A stretch of DNA of 32,000 nt from Bifidobacterium longum subsp. longum JCM 1217. GTDB lineage: Bacteria; Actinomycetota; Actinomycetes; Actinomycetales; Bifidobacteriaceae. This document shows positions 16,558 through 27,400 of the stretch, piece by piece. The translations under genes and the position numbers were made by a program. The notes beneath the pieces were generated by a model, which saw only the letters and a list, made by a program, of their open reading frames with translations, did not search any database and was not told where the DNA came from. Each line of letters opens with the position of its first letter. The stretch's first letter is position 1. The DNA is taken from assembly GCF_000196555.1 (NCBI RefSeq), contig NC_015067.1, positions 2,040,001-2,072,000 on the forward strand, given 5' to 3'.

Positions 16558-16587
16558 CGGAAACTCCTTTGTCTCTATCCGTTGCCC

Positions 16588-16605
16588 GCGTCAATCGTTT
16601 GACGC
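16588..16605. promoter_or_regulatory. LacI-type operator-like palindrome upstream of the GH13 gene
   Basis: GCGTCAATCGTTTGACGC, an 18-bp palindrome with one central mismatch pair, 31-48 nt upstream of the GTG at 16557. 15/16 identical to the site at 17425-17440. Confidence 0.5.
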
Positions 16606-16669
16606 TTTGTATTACAAAACATCAAACCGGTTCGACAATCGCAACCCAAGACTCGCCGAGCCACCGGCG

Positions 16670-17218
16670 CTATTCCACAGAAATCGTCACCACCGCGGAG
16701 GCAATCGGACCATCGTGGCTCAGGGAAATATGGATATGCGGCATCGACCCCGCACCGAAAGCCGAGCGCTGCGCCGAACGCGCATTCCGCCGCTCCTGCA
16801 TCACTGCATAAGGCCCGTTATCGGAAGCAGGGGAATAAGCAGAGGAATAGCGAGCGCCTGCAGCCGAATTCGCGTAATCAGTTTGGAAGACTGACGCCGT
16901 CCCCTTACCCAGAGACACATGCGGCACACCACGGGAATCATCCAAGATCTCGATTTCAGGCCACGGGAAATTATCAAGCGTGAACGGATAGGGGGCATCG
17001 CCAAGATAATCGCACCACGCTTTGAGGAACGCCTCCTTGCCTGCCCACTTGGCGGACAGATGCACGGCCTCGTCATCGTTCTTCAGCCGTGCACGATCCG
17101 CCGCCTGACGTACCTCACGAACGGAAAACAGCGAGCGCATGCGCGAGCCGGGTTCAGACAGCTGCTCGGCGAATGCGGCGACGTCAACCACGTCATGACC
17201 TAAACCAAATGTGCCCAT
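16670..17218 (-). CDS. acpS: Holo-ACP synthase (AcpS-type 4'-phosphopantetheinyl transferase) with an internal ~55-aa insertion
   Basis: The ORF track extends to 17257. I prefer the ATG at 17218, giving MGTFGLGHDVVDV (the AcpS-like GxGxDxV start). WAGKEAFLKAW and C-terminal HISLSHDGPIASAVVTI are AcpS-like. The gene lies close to fas, as expected for a type I FAS partner. Confidence 0.7.
   Translation of the reverse strand: MGTFGLGHDVVDVAAFAEQLSEPGSRMRSLFSVREVRQAADRARLKNDDEAVHLSAKWAGKEAFLKAWCDYLGDAPYPFTLDNFPWPEIEILDDSRGVPHVSLGKGTASVFQTDYANSAAGARYSSAYSPASDNGPYAVMQERRNARSAQRSAFGAGSMPHIHISLSHDGPIASAVVTISVE
16871..16894. repeat. 24-nt exact copy of the tRNA-Gly segment 14279-14302 (anticodon arm, variable loop, start of T stem) inside acpS
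   Basis: CGCGTAATCAGTTTGGAAGACTGA is identical at both places in the same orientation. Flanks are partly similar (CGAA..CGCG on the left, .GC on the right), about 30/33 overall. Confidence 0.9.
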
Positions 17219-17345
17219 AGCACCTATTATCAGCCATTCAACACGTTGACAACACATCCAGAATAACGAGGTTCACACGGAACGCGGCATCCACAAACGG
17301 AAACCCTCGGCCGCTCCGCAAGCCGAATCCTGAAAGTCAACACCA

Positions 17346-17361
17346 AGTCAAACTGTTGACT
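17346..17361. promoter_or_regulatory. Operator-like palindrome AGTCAA-ACTG-TTGACT in the acpS/lacI divergent region
   Basis: Perfect 6-bp arms. 13/16 identical to the site at 17425-17440. Confidence 0.35.
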
Positions 17362-17420
17362 AACGGTGGACACGGCGTAAAATGTCGATATTCCGCCCGA
17401 CACTCCAATACGTAAATCGA

Positions 17421-17440
17421 TTGACGTCAAACGTTTGACT
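17421..17440. promoter_or_regulatory. Operator-like overlapping palindromes, ~90 nt upstream of the LacI-type gene
   Basis: TTGACGTCAA (17421-17430, perfect 10-bp palindrome) overlaps GTCAAACGTTTGAC (17426-17439, perfect 14-bp palindrome). Confidence 0.5.
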
Positions 17441-17531
17441 TTTTAACGCGGTTAACACAATGATCCAATGAAGGATAACTTCACAACAACCAACCACAAC
17501 CAGCCAATGAAGCCAGCAAGGAGGTAGAACC

Positions 17532-18185
17532 GTGGTCACGATGAAGCAAATCGCCAACCGCGCCGGCGTTTCCATCTCCACCGTCTCTCTGGTGCTCAAC
17601 AACCGCGATATCGGCCGCGTCAGCCCCGATGTCGCCGAGCGAGTCCGCGACATCGCCGCCGAACTCGGTTACCTGACCAACCGTCTGGCCAGCGGGCTGC
17701 GCACCAGCAGTACCCGCACCATCGGATTCCTCAGCGACGAAGTGGCCACCACGCCGTTTGCCGGCCGCATGATTGAGGGCGCGCAAGACGTCGCCCGCAT
17801 GCCCGCGTTCTTCGACAAGCACCCGGATGTCGACGGCTTCTTCTGCTTCAACGACACCCGCGCTTGGGCCATCTACACCGAGGCCACCCGTCGCGGGCTG
17901 ATTATCGGCAAAGATATCGCGGTGGTTGGCGTCGACAACCACCAGGTTGTGGCCGAAGCGCTGGATCCGCCGCTTTCCACTGTGGAACTGCCGCATTACG
18001 AGATGGGCTACTGGGCAGTCGGTAAGCTGGTCTCGCTCATCGAAGGCGAGGCACCCGATCCCTTTCCTCGTGCCGGATACCCGGTCGAGAAGGTTCAGCC
18101 GCCGCCACTGAGCGAGCAGTCACCCCAGCTTGAATGCCAGCTGCGCATCAAGCAATCCTGGGTCCGGCCCCGCTCCCAGCGATAG
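17532..18185 (+). CDS. LacI/GalR-family regulator with a large in-frame internal deletion (217 aa against the usual ~340)
   Basis: ORF track. GTG start with AAGGAGG 7 nt upstream. HTH MKQIANRAGVSISTVSLVLNN and hinge YLTNRLASGLR are intact. After ...EGAQDVAR the sequence jumps to FFDKHPDVDGFFCFNDTRAWAIY...IAVVGVDNHQVVAEALDPPLSTVELP. That segment normally lies ~125 residues further on in the C-terminal subdomain of LacI-family proteins. Confidence 0.75.
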   Translation: MVTMKQIANRAGVSISTVSLVLNNRDIGRVSPDVAERVRDIAAELGYLTNRLASGLRTSSTRTIGFLSDEVATTPFAGRMIEGAQDVARMPAFFDKHPDVDGFFCFNDTRAWAIYTEATRRGLIIGKDIAVVGVDNHQVVAEALDPPLSTVELPHYEMGYWAVGKLVSLIEGEAPDPFPRAGYPVEKVQPPPLSEQSPQLECQLRIKQSWVRPRSQR

Positions 18186-18243
18186 CCTGCCCAAAAATCA
18201 CGCATCTATCCTACTTGACCCGGTTTCGACTGTATATCGAAGG

Positions 18244-18335
18244 CGCTATTGCTGTTTTCGTGGGTGGTGGTTCGTTGTTGAACCGTTGCGGGAGTAAGAG
18301 ACGACGAACCGACATCCACGAAAACAGCAATAGCG
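18244..18335. repeat. 92-nt palindrome / long stem-loop with a 20-bp perfect outer stem
   Basis: CGCTATTGCTGTTTTCGTGG (18244-18263) pairs perfectly with CCACGAAAACAGCAATAGCG (18316-18335). Inner pairing is GGTTCGT (18269-18275) with ACGAACC (18304-18310). It lies between the lacI stop and the fas terminator. Confidence 0.8.
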
Positions 18336-18348
18336 TCAAAAAACAATA

Positions 18349-18388
18349 GGGTCGGGAAGAACACCGTAAATGACGTTCTTCCCGACCC
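18349..18388 (-). terminator. Rho-independent terminator of fas
   Basis: 14-bp perfect stem GGGTCGGGAAGAAC (18349-18362) / GTTCTTCCCGACCC (18375-18388) with a 12-nt loop. On the minus-strand transcript it is followed by UAUUGUUUUUUG. Confidence 0.8.
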
Positions 18389-18400
18389 TAATCGCGAGAC

Positions 18401-18437
18401 ACTCCCCTCAGCCGGCATTCACCGACCGGGGGGAGCC
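18401..18437. repeat. REP-like element, partial/diverged copy C
   Basis: ACTCCCCTCAGCCGGCATTCACCGACCGGGGGGAGCC. Shares the ACTCCCCTCAG head and the GGGGAGC tail with copies A and B. Lies directly after the fas stop. Confidence 0.5.
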
Positions 18438-18445
18438 AGAGAATA

Positions 18446-21400
18446 TCAGGCCTCGTAGTAGCCGTCGGCACCGAGGCGGGCGTCCGGGTTGAGGAGCATC
18501 GCCTTTTCGACCTCGTGGTGGTCGTAGCCACGGTGATCCTCGCGGAAGCGACGGTTGTCGATCGGCTCGTAGAGCGCGGCGCGACCCATCATGCCTTCCT
18601 CAAGGTGACGCTGGCCGGCAGCCAGGCGGGCGTTGGCACGCTCACGCCAAGCTTCCAGTGCGGCCTCACCATCGGCCTTGGCCACGGCCGCCTCGAAGGC
18701 ACCCGGATGGACCAGAGCCACGAAGCCGGAAACATGTCCGAAGCCGAGCGAGGTGGCCAGACCGGCCTTGACCGGGCGACCAGCGGTCTCGCGACCGAAC
18801 TCGTCCTCACCACCGCCGATGCGCAGGGGCTTCCTAACCCAGACCATGTGGTCGTCGCGCTGGAGCTTCGGATCCACGCAGTCGAGCGCCGCGTTCGCCG
18901 GAATCACGCCGGACTTGAACAGCTGCGTCAGACCGTTGACCTGGAAGATGCAGGCACCACCCTTGGCGTGGCCGGTAAGCGTCTTCTGCGAGATCACGAA
19001 CAGCGGGTTGCCGTCGGTGCGGCCGATGGCGTGGGCCAGCGTGTTGTGCAGCTCGGATTCGTTCGGGTCGTTGGCGTTGGTGGACGTGTCGTGCTTGGAG
19101 ACCACGGCGATGTCGTCGGCTGAGACGCCGAGCTTAGCCAGGTCGTGCACGAGCTTGGAGTCCTTGCCGCCGAGGCCGGCAGCCAGGGCACCGAGGCCCG
19201 GAGCCGGGATCGAGGTGTGAGCGCCATCCGCGTAGGAGTGGATGAAGCCGACCACGGCCGCAACCGGCAGGCCGAGCTTTTCGGCGATGTCACCGCGGGT
19301 CACGAGGATCGTGCCGCCGCCCTGGGATTCCAGGAAGCCGCCACGGCGACGATCGTTCGCGCGGCTGAAGAAGCGCGCGTCGATACCCTTGCCATACATT
19401 TCCTCCGAGTTGGCGGTGGCGTTCATGTTGCCGAAACCGATCACGGATTCCACGCCGATGTCGTCGATCGCACCGGTGACCACGAAGTCGGCCTTGCCGA
19501 GGGCGATCTTGTCGACGCCCTCTTCAAGGGAGACGGCTGCGGTGGCGCAGGCGGAGACCGGCTGAATCATGTTGCCGTAGCCGCCGATGTAGGACTGCAT
19601 CACGTGAGCCGCGACCACGTTCGGCAGGGCTTCCTGCAGGATGTCGGTCGGGATCTCGTGGTTGAGGAAGCGGTCGAGGTACAGCTTGCGCATCGACATC
19701 ATGCCACCGAAGCCGGTGCCCTGGGTCGAAGCCACCAGCGAGGGGTGGATGGACTCGAGGATTTCGGCCGGGGTGAAGCCGGCGCCCAGGTAGGCGTCCA
19801 CAGTGGTGACGATGTTCCACAGGGCGATCTTGTCGACGTCGCCGACCATCGAGGCGGGAATGCCCCATCGGGTCGGGTCGAAGCCCTTCGGGAACTGGCC
19901 GCCGACTGTGCGGGTCATGGTGGCGCGGCGCGGCACGCGGATCATCGAGCCGGCGTGGCGGGTCACGTTCCATTCGCCGGATTCCTCATCCGGGGCGATG
20001 GTGGTGTGAGCCTCGTCCAACTTGACGTATTCGGCGGCGACTTCGCGGGTGGGCACAGAGAAGGTGACGTCGTGGTCGAGGAAGACCTCGGCTTCCTCTT
20101 CGTCAGCACCGTCCTTGTAGTCGTTGCCCATGCCTTCCTCGAACGGGCGGATGCCGGAGCGGGCCACGACCTCGTCGTGGTAGCGCTCGGCGATGTCCTC
20201 TTCGGGCACGAGGTTGCCGTCGGTGTCGTACCAGCCGGGCTTCGGGCTGTCGGCCCAAGTCAGCAGGCCCATGTTCCACGCGAGTTCGAGCACTGCGCCG
20301 GCGCTGAGGTCGACGGTGCCGTCCGAGTGGATGCCGAGCTCGGCCTGGGCGCGCGTACGACCGGAGCCCCACGGGCCCAGCTCACCGACGGAAACGATGA
20401 CGATTTCGTCTTCCGGCTTGGCAGTGACGTTGGTCCAATCGTTCAAGTCGACCGGAGCCTGCTTGGTGACGATCGGTGTGGGCAGCGCCTTGATTTGCTG
20501 CCCACGCGAGGAGTCGGACAGTCCAGTGGACTTTCCGGCGACGGAGCCATCCGTTTCCTGAGACGAGGCCGCAGCAGCTTCCTTCTCGGCGTCGGCCATG
20601 GCCTCCGCACGCAGGGCCTTGATGTCGATGGGCTCGGAGCCGAGGCCACCGGTCAGGTCCACATCGAGCGGGGCCTTGAGGGCCTGCTCGCGCGATTCGG
20701 CAGTGCACAGGTCGAGCAGCTTGGCCGCAATCTGTGCGGTGGAGTAGGTGCGGATGCCGTGACGCTCAACGACGGCGACCAGCGGGTCGTTACCGACCAT
20801 CAGGCCGGTGCCACGCACCCAGCCGATCTTCGGGTGAGCGAAGGTGACGCGGCTCGACCACACCTTTTCAGCGCGGGCACGGTTGACGATGGCGTCAAAG
20901 GCGCTCTTGACTTCGCCGTAGGCACCGTCGCCGCCGAATACGCCGCGGTTCGGGGAACCGGGCAGCACCACGTGGAGCTTGTGCTGCACGTTGGTGTCGG
21001 CACCGATGTGGCTGAAGCCGGCGATGGCGCGTTCCACGCCCCACAGCATCAGTCGGGCCTGCGATTCGAACAGGTCGCCGGAGTCGGCGAGCGTGCCATG
21101 GACCGGCGGAGCGGCGAACGGGAAGAACAGAGTCGGCTCCCACGCGGGCTTCAGAATCGTGGTGGTAGCACCGGAGGTCTTCTTCTGCTCGTGGCCCACC
21201 CAGTCGACCAGTGCGTCGACGTCGCGGTAGCTGGAGAGGTTGGCCGGAACCAGCCACAGCTTGGCGTTGCCGGTAGCGTGCTCGCGGTAGGCCTGCTTAG
21301 CCCAAGCCTTAATGGACGGCTTGAAGCTGTGCGAGGTGGCCACCACAGTGGCACCGCCTGCGAGCAGGCCTTCGACCACCTGAGCGGCAATCGAGTTCGG

Positions 21401-24400
21401 GCTCACGCCGGTGACGATGGCGATATCATTCGCGTAACGGGAGGCGTTCTTGTTGGACGCAACCTGTTCGAGGGCCTCGGAGCCGGCCTTCTGGAAGGCG
21501 GCCTTGAGTTCTTCGCTCTCCGACTCGTTGGCGAACCACTGGGCTTCGGCGGCGATGGTCTTGCCAAGGCCGATGAAGCTGCCGTTCAAGGCGGCGGGAT
21601 CGTTGTCGTAGTAGGCGCGGGCGAGGTCTTCACGGGCGGAGGCCCACCGATCATCGAAGAGGATGGCCTTGTTGGCGTCGAAGCGCGGAGCGACCTGCTT
21701 AGGCCAGTCGGAGCCAAGTTCGGCTTCAACCGCGGCCACGACGGCGGCGTTCTCGTCCTCGGATTCTTCCGGAGCCGGAGCGGCCACGCCGAGCTCGTTC
21801 AGCACGAAGCGGGCGGTGGCGGCGAGCACGCCGTTGGAACCGGTGACCTTCTCGGCGAAGGCGTCGAGCGCGGCGGAATCGACCACAGCGCCACCAGCGG
21901 CACCACCGGCGGACGGCAGGGCCACGGCAACACCCTTGAGCTGGGCGACGACCTCAACGGCCGCATCAATCAGCTTGTCGGCTTCCGGCTTGTTCTGCAC
22001 GGCGGCGGTGGGCAGCTTGGCCAGGTCGCCGCCACGGGAGCTGGCACCCTCGCGAGTGTCGAGCAGCAGTGCGGCGAGCACGCTGGCCACCCAACCTTCA
22101 CCGAGCTGCCATACGTTGGTCACGCGGTCGCGGATGTACTGCTGCTTGACGCCGGCGGCACCGAACAGCGAGCGCAGGCGGTCGCGCAGCGCCTCGGAGA
22201 GCACGGCACCGAACGGCTTGTAGTTCGGGGCGGCCTTGTTGACGATTTGGGCGAGCTTGTCGAGCGTCGCTTCAGCAGCACCGTCCACGCTGGCGACTCC
22301 CAGCTCGGAGCTGATGTCCATGAGCAGCTGGTTGCGGCGAGAAGAGACACCGTTGGTCAGGGTGTCAGTGGTGTCGTTGCTGCCGATCTGGTCGATGCGC
22401 ACCTTGGCGGAGTAGGCCATGAGCACGCCGATGGCATCGGAAGCCTTGAAGGGCAGGTCGGCGACGGCGGCACCGGACGGTGCGCCGGCCGCGGCCTGCC
22501 CTGATTGCAGGCCGCGCGAGGAGTCGGACAGTCCAGTGGACTGTCCGGCGACGGAGCCATCCGTTGTCTGAGCAGCCTCAGTCACGGCATTTGCCGGAGC
22601 GGCACCGGAACCGAGCTTGGCGACGGCGGAACCACCGGCAGGAGCGGTTTCGACCGGGGCCGAGGCCGCAGCCTCTTCCGGCTCATCGTCGGGAACCAGC
22701 GAATCGGTGTCGGTCATGTAGACGCGGCCTTCATCGCGGCCGACGTTGTAGACGACCGTATCGTTGCCGGCGAACTCGGGTAGACGCAGGGTCTTGGCAC
22801 CGAGGTTGGCCAGGGTCGGGGCGTTGCCGAGGCCGACTTCGACGTATTCCTCCACGCCGAGGCCGCCCTGTTCGCGCTGACCGAAGAGCAGCGCCTGGGT
22901 TTCAATCCAACGCACCGGGGAGGCGAACTGCCAGGAGAGCAGTTCGGTCAAGAGCAGACGGCCGAGCTTCTGGTCGTCATCGGCGTAGGAATCCCACACG
23001 GCCGGGTCGTCGAGCACGGCCTTGATACGCTCGGACGGCACGACTTCGAGGATCTTGGCGGCGAATTCCTTGGTCATCTCGAACGGGGTGGCCACCAGGT
23101 TCGGGATGTAGCGGTCCACCAGACGGCCACGGTAGTCGATGTAAGCGGGAAGCAGCGCGTCGAGCTTGTCGCGGAATTCCGGCACGCCCTTGCGCAGCAG
23201 TGTGGAGTGGAACGGCACATCGATGCCGGGCACCAGCATGAACGCGGGCTTGCCACCGAATGCGGCCACGCGGCGGGCGGAATCGGCCTTCAGAGCCTTG
23301 AGTCCGGCGATCGTACCGGCGATGGCGTACTGCTGGCCGGCGAGGTTGTAGTTCACGATCTCCAGGAATTCGCCGGACGCCTTGGCCACGGATTCCACGT
23401 ATTCCTTGACGTGCGCGTCGTCCACACCGAACTGGTTCGGGCGCAGGGCACCCATGCGGTAGTTGGAGCGACCCTGTGCGTCACGCTCGATGAGGTGGTG
23501 CATGGTGGAACCACGGTGGAACACGAGCTCCAGCACGGTTTCCAGCGGAATCACGTCGGCGAACGCGGACAGCGCGTTGTATTCGCCGAGCGAGTGGCCG
23601 GCGAAGTAGGCGGGCCAGATGTCGGCGCCGGCTTCGCGCAGACGAGCGGTCTGGGCGAAGGCCACGGTGGCGAGCGCCACCTGCGTGAACTGCGTCAGGT
23701 TGAGCAGGCCTTCGGGGTGGCGATAGGTCACGCCGTTGGCGGTGAGCTCCTTCGGGTTATCGCGCACGAGGCCCAGGATCGAGAAGCCGAGCTTGGAGCG
23801 GGTGAGCTTGTCGGCGCGCTCCCACACGTCGCGGGCGGCGGCGGACTTGGCACGCTCGTCCAGAACCATGCCCTGCTTCTGGATGCCCTGGCCGGGGTAG
23901 ACGAAGGCGGCGCGCGGCGCGCGGACCAGTGCGGTGCCGCGGGAGACGAGCTGGCCGTCGATACGGCAGGTGACTTCGAGGGTCATGCCGCCGTGGCGCA
24001 CCTTGCCGACGCGCTCGACGGAGATTTCGACGGTGTCGTCAAGCTGAACCATGCCGTACATGTTGTAGGTCCAGCCGGCAATCTCGTAGTGGGCACCCTT
24101 CTCGTCCAGCGCCTGCACGGCGTGCTGGGCGGTGGCGGACAGCCACATGCCGTGCACAAGCGGAGCGGCCAAACCGGAGATGCGAGCGCCACGAGTGGAG
24201 GTGTGGATCGGGTTGAAGTCGCCGGAAGTGCGGGCGAAGGCGGTCATGTCGTGTGGGGCGACGACCTTCACGCGGCGCAGCAGACGGCGCGGCGTGGGCG
24301 CGATCTCCTCGTGCTCGGCGTCGCCGAACTCGGGGGCGTCTGCCGGCAAAGCATCGGAGTAGACGCGGCCGCGAATCGCGAAACGCTCGGTTTCGCGGGC

Positions 24401-27400
24401 AAGCAGCGTGCCGTCGGCAGCGGTGTGGGTCACGTGGATGGTGACCACGCGGCCGGAGGCGGACTCGAAGTAATCCTCAGCCCAAGACTTCAGGGTGATG
24501 GTTTCACCGGTGTGCTTAAGCAGGTCCTCCTCGTTCACCTCAAGTTCGATGAGGTGGTCGAGGTGAACGGCGTTGAGCAGGCCTTCAATCACCGGGTAGC
24601 CCTTGACGTACACGGAGCCGAGCGCCGTGTAAATCGCCGGCCAGGCCGGGCCGACCAGCGCATCGGGAGCGATGCGGCTGGGCTGCAGGGTCGTCGGCAG
24701 AGCGGCGCCGGTGGCCGCTTCGTGGTCGAAGCCGAGGTTGGCGGAGAGGGTGTAGGCGGCGGTGGCGGTAGCAAACGGACGCTCGTCAGAGGTCTTGCCG
24801 TCAAGCTGCGGCATCTCGGTGAGCTTGTCGCCGGTGATGGCGGTGTTGCCGATGCCTGCGGTGGCGGCGAGCATCGCGTAGACGTCCGGAATCAGGCGTT
24901 CGCGGTCCACGACCGGCACACGGCCGGGCTCGGCGCCTTCCACGATGAGCGGGATGACGATATCGCGCACGGCGTGCTTGGAGGTGCCGCCGTCCGGGTC
25001 GTTGTCCCAGTAGGTGTCGAGGTGGATGTCCAGATCGTACTTGCCGGCCGCGGCGTCAAACGCGCGGATCTCGTAGTACTGGTCGCCCAGGGCGGTGCCG
25101 TAGGCCGGGTTGTCGGTGATGTGGCCGACCCAGGAGATGTTCGGGGACTTGCGGATGAAGTCTTCGGCGCTGGTGGCCTCGCCAAGTGCGGCGAAATCGT
25201 CGTTCTCAGCGGCATCGGCGGCCTGCTGTTCGTCCTGCACGCGCTTGATGGCGGCGGTTTCGAAGCGGCCGAGGATGTCGGCGATCGGCTCGTCGATGGT
25301 GGTGATGCCGGCAACGGAGATCGGGCCGGGGATGGCACGCACGGAATCGGCGGAGTAGCGCTGGTCTTCGGACTGCCAGAGCTGGTCCTGCCCCCACCAA
25401 CGCAGCAGGTCGTTGTCGATGACGGGCACGAACGGCATGGGCTTGGGGTATTCGCGCACGAGCACCGGGAACCAAGCCACGTCGGTCGGGACCACCTTGA
25501 GTTCGGCGGTCTGCGGGTAGGCCAGTGCGAGCTTTTCGAGCGCGGGGGCCGGGTCGGCGAGAATGTCGTCGTGGGTCAGCAGGCCAGCGGCAGCTGCCTC
25601 TTCAGCAGAAACGCCATCAGCGGCGAACAACTTGGAGGTGAATTCGCCGGAGTCCGTGTCGTTCACACGGGCTTCGATGCGCTGCAGCAGGTGCTGGAAG
25701 CGGTCGGCGTAAGTCGGGTCGACCCACGGGAAGGCGAGTTCGGCGAAGCGCTGCGCCCACTCAAGGTAGGTCATGGAGGCCAGGTCGCCGAAGTAAGGCT
25801 TGGCGGTCTTGTTCAGGGCTTCGATGATTTCCTTGCGGCGGGAGTCGAGCTCTTCGGGGTGCTTCATGACGCGCACGAGCAGACGGCCGCATTCGGCGGA
25901 GTCGTTCTCGAGCTCGTAAATGTCGGCGTGCAGGTGGCTCAGGCCGGAGGACATGCCACCGACGGACTTGCCGGACGGCACCCAGTGGGCGGCCTGCGGG
26001 GCGAACACGTCGTCGGACTTGGCGTCGGCCGGAATACCGGGCGTCTTGACGAGCAGCTGCTTGACTTCGGGGCTGGTGTGAGCCTCCTTGGCGGTCATCG
26101 CGGCGGTACCGATAAGCACGCCGTCGACCGGCATGTCGGGCAGGCCGTAGGCGTGGGCCCACTGGCCGGAAATGTAGTCGGCCGCGCGTTCGGGAGTGCC
26201 GATGCCGCCGCCGGCGACCAGCACGAGGTTGTCACAGGCGCGCACTTCGGCGTAGGTGGCGGCAAGCAGGTCATCCAGCGCTTCCCAGCTGTGGTGGCCG
26301 CCGGCTTCACCGCCCTCGACCTGAACCATGATGGTGGTGGGGGCCACGGCCTTGGCGATGCGCACGACCTGACGAATCTGGTCCACGGTGCCGGGCTTGA
26401 AGCTCACGTACGGCAGGCCGTCCGCCTGCAGCGACTTGATCAGGGCCACGGCTTCGTCCAGCTCGGGGATGCCGGCGGAGACGACCACGCCGTCGATCGG
26501 CGCGCCGGATGCGCGCTTCTTGGGCACGATGCGGGAGGAGCCGAACTGCAGGTTCCACAGGTAACGGTCCATGAACATCGCGTTGAATTCGACCGTGCGG
26601 CCTTCCTCCAGCTCGTCTTCGAGGGTGGCGATGTGGCGGTCGAACACTTCGGCGGTCACCTGGCCGCCGCCGGCGAGCTCGGCCCAGTAGCCGGCGTTGG
26701 CCGCGGCGGCCACGATTTCCGGTTCCACGGTGGTGGGGGTCATGCCGGGCAACAGTACCGGCGGCTTGCCGGTGAGCTTGGAGAACTTGGTGACCAGCTT
26801 GGCGCCGGCCGGGGTGTTGATGACGCGCGGGGCGAATGCCTTCCAGTTCTGGGTGCGCTCAGGCTCGCTTTCCAGCGTGGAGAGCGTGGAGCGCTCGGCC
26901 AGCGTGGTGGCTTCGACCACGCCGATGCCGGTGCCTTGCACCACATTGCCGATCAGCTTGCCGAGCGTGTTGCCGGGGCCGAGGTCCACGATCCACAGCT
27001 TGGACGGGTCGGCGGCGTCGAACAGCGCCTTGACGCGGGCGTTCCAGTCCACATGGTTCAGAAGCACTTCCTCGGCAAGCGCACGGGTGCGCTTCTGGTC
27101 GAAGCCGCAGGCGCCGGCCCAGGCCACGGTCTGCTCGACGGCGTCGGCCATGAGCGGCGAGTGGAAGGGCAGGGTGACCTCAAGGTATTCGAGGGTCGGG
27201 TTGAACACGGTGCCGCCGTGGAGCTTCTGCTCGCGCAGCTTGGCCTGATGCTGGTGTTCGCGCTCGGCTTCGAGGGCGAAGGCAGACAGGTCCTCCGGGT
27301 AGCCGGAAAGCACGTGGTGGTTGTCGGAGTTGGTGACGGCGATGGAGATCGGGCCGCGAGCGTTGTTGACGCGGGCCACCAGAGCCTCAACCTGTTCGCG

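Noticed and set aside
14254-16894. Classical tRNA-targeted integrative element delimited by the 24-nt repeats
   Set aside because: No integrase or excisionase lies between or beside the repeats. The second copy lies on the 5' side of the tRNA, whereas integrases leave the displaced copy on the 3' side. The repeat also does not extend to the tRNA 3' end. It is kept as a finding only as an unexplained repeat.
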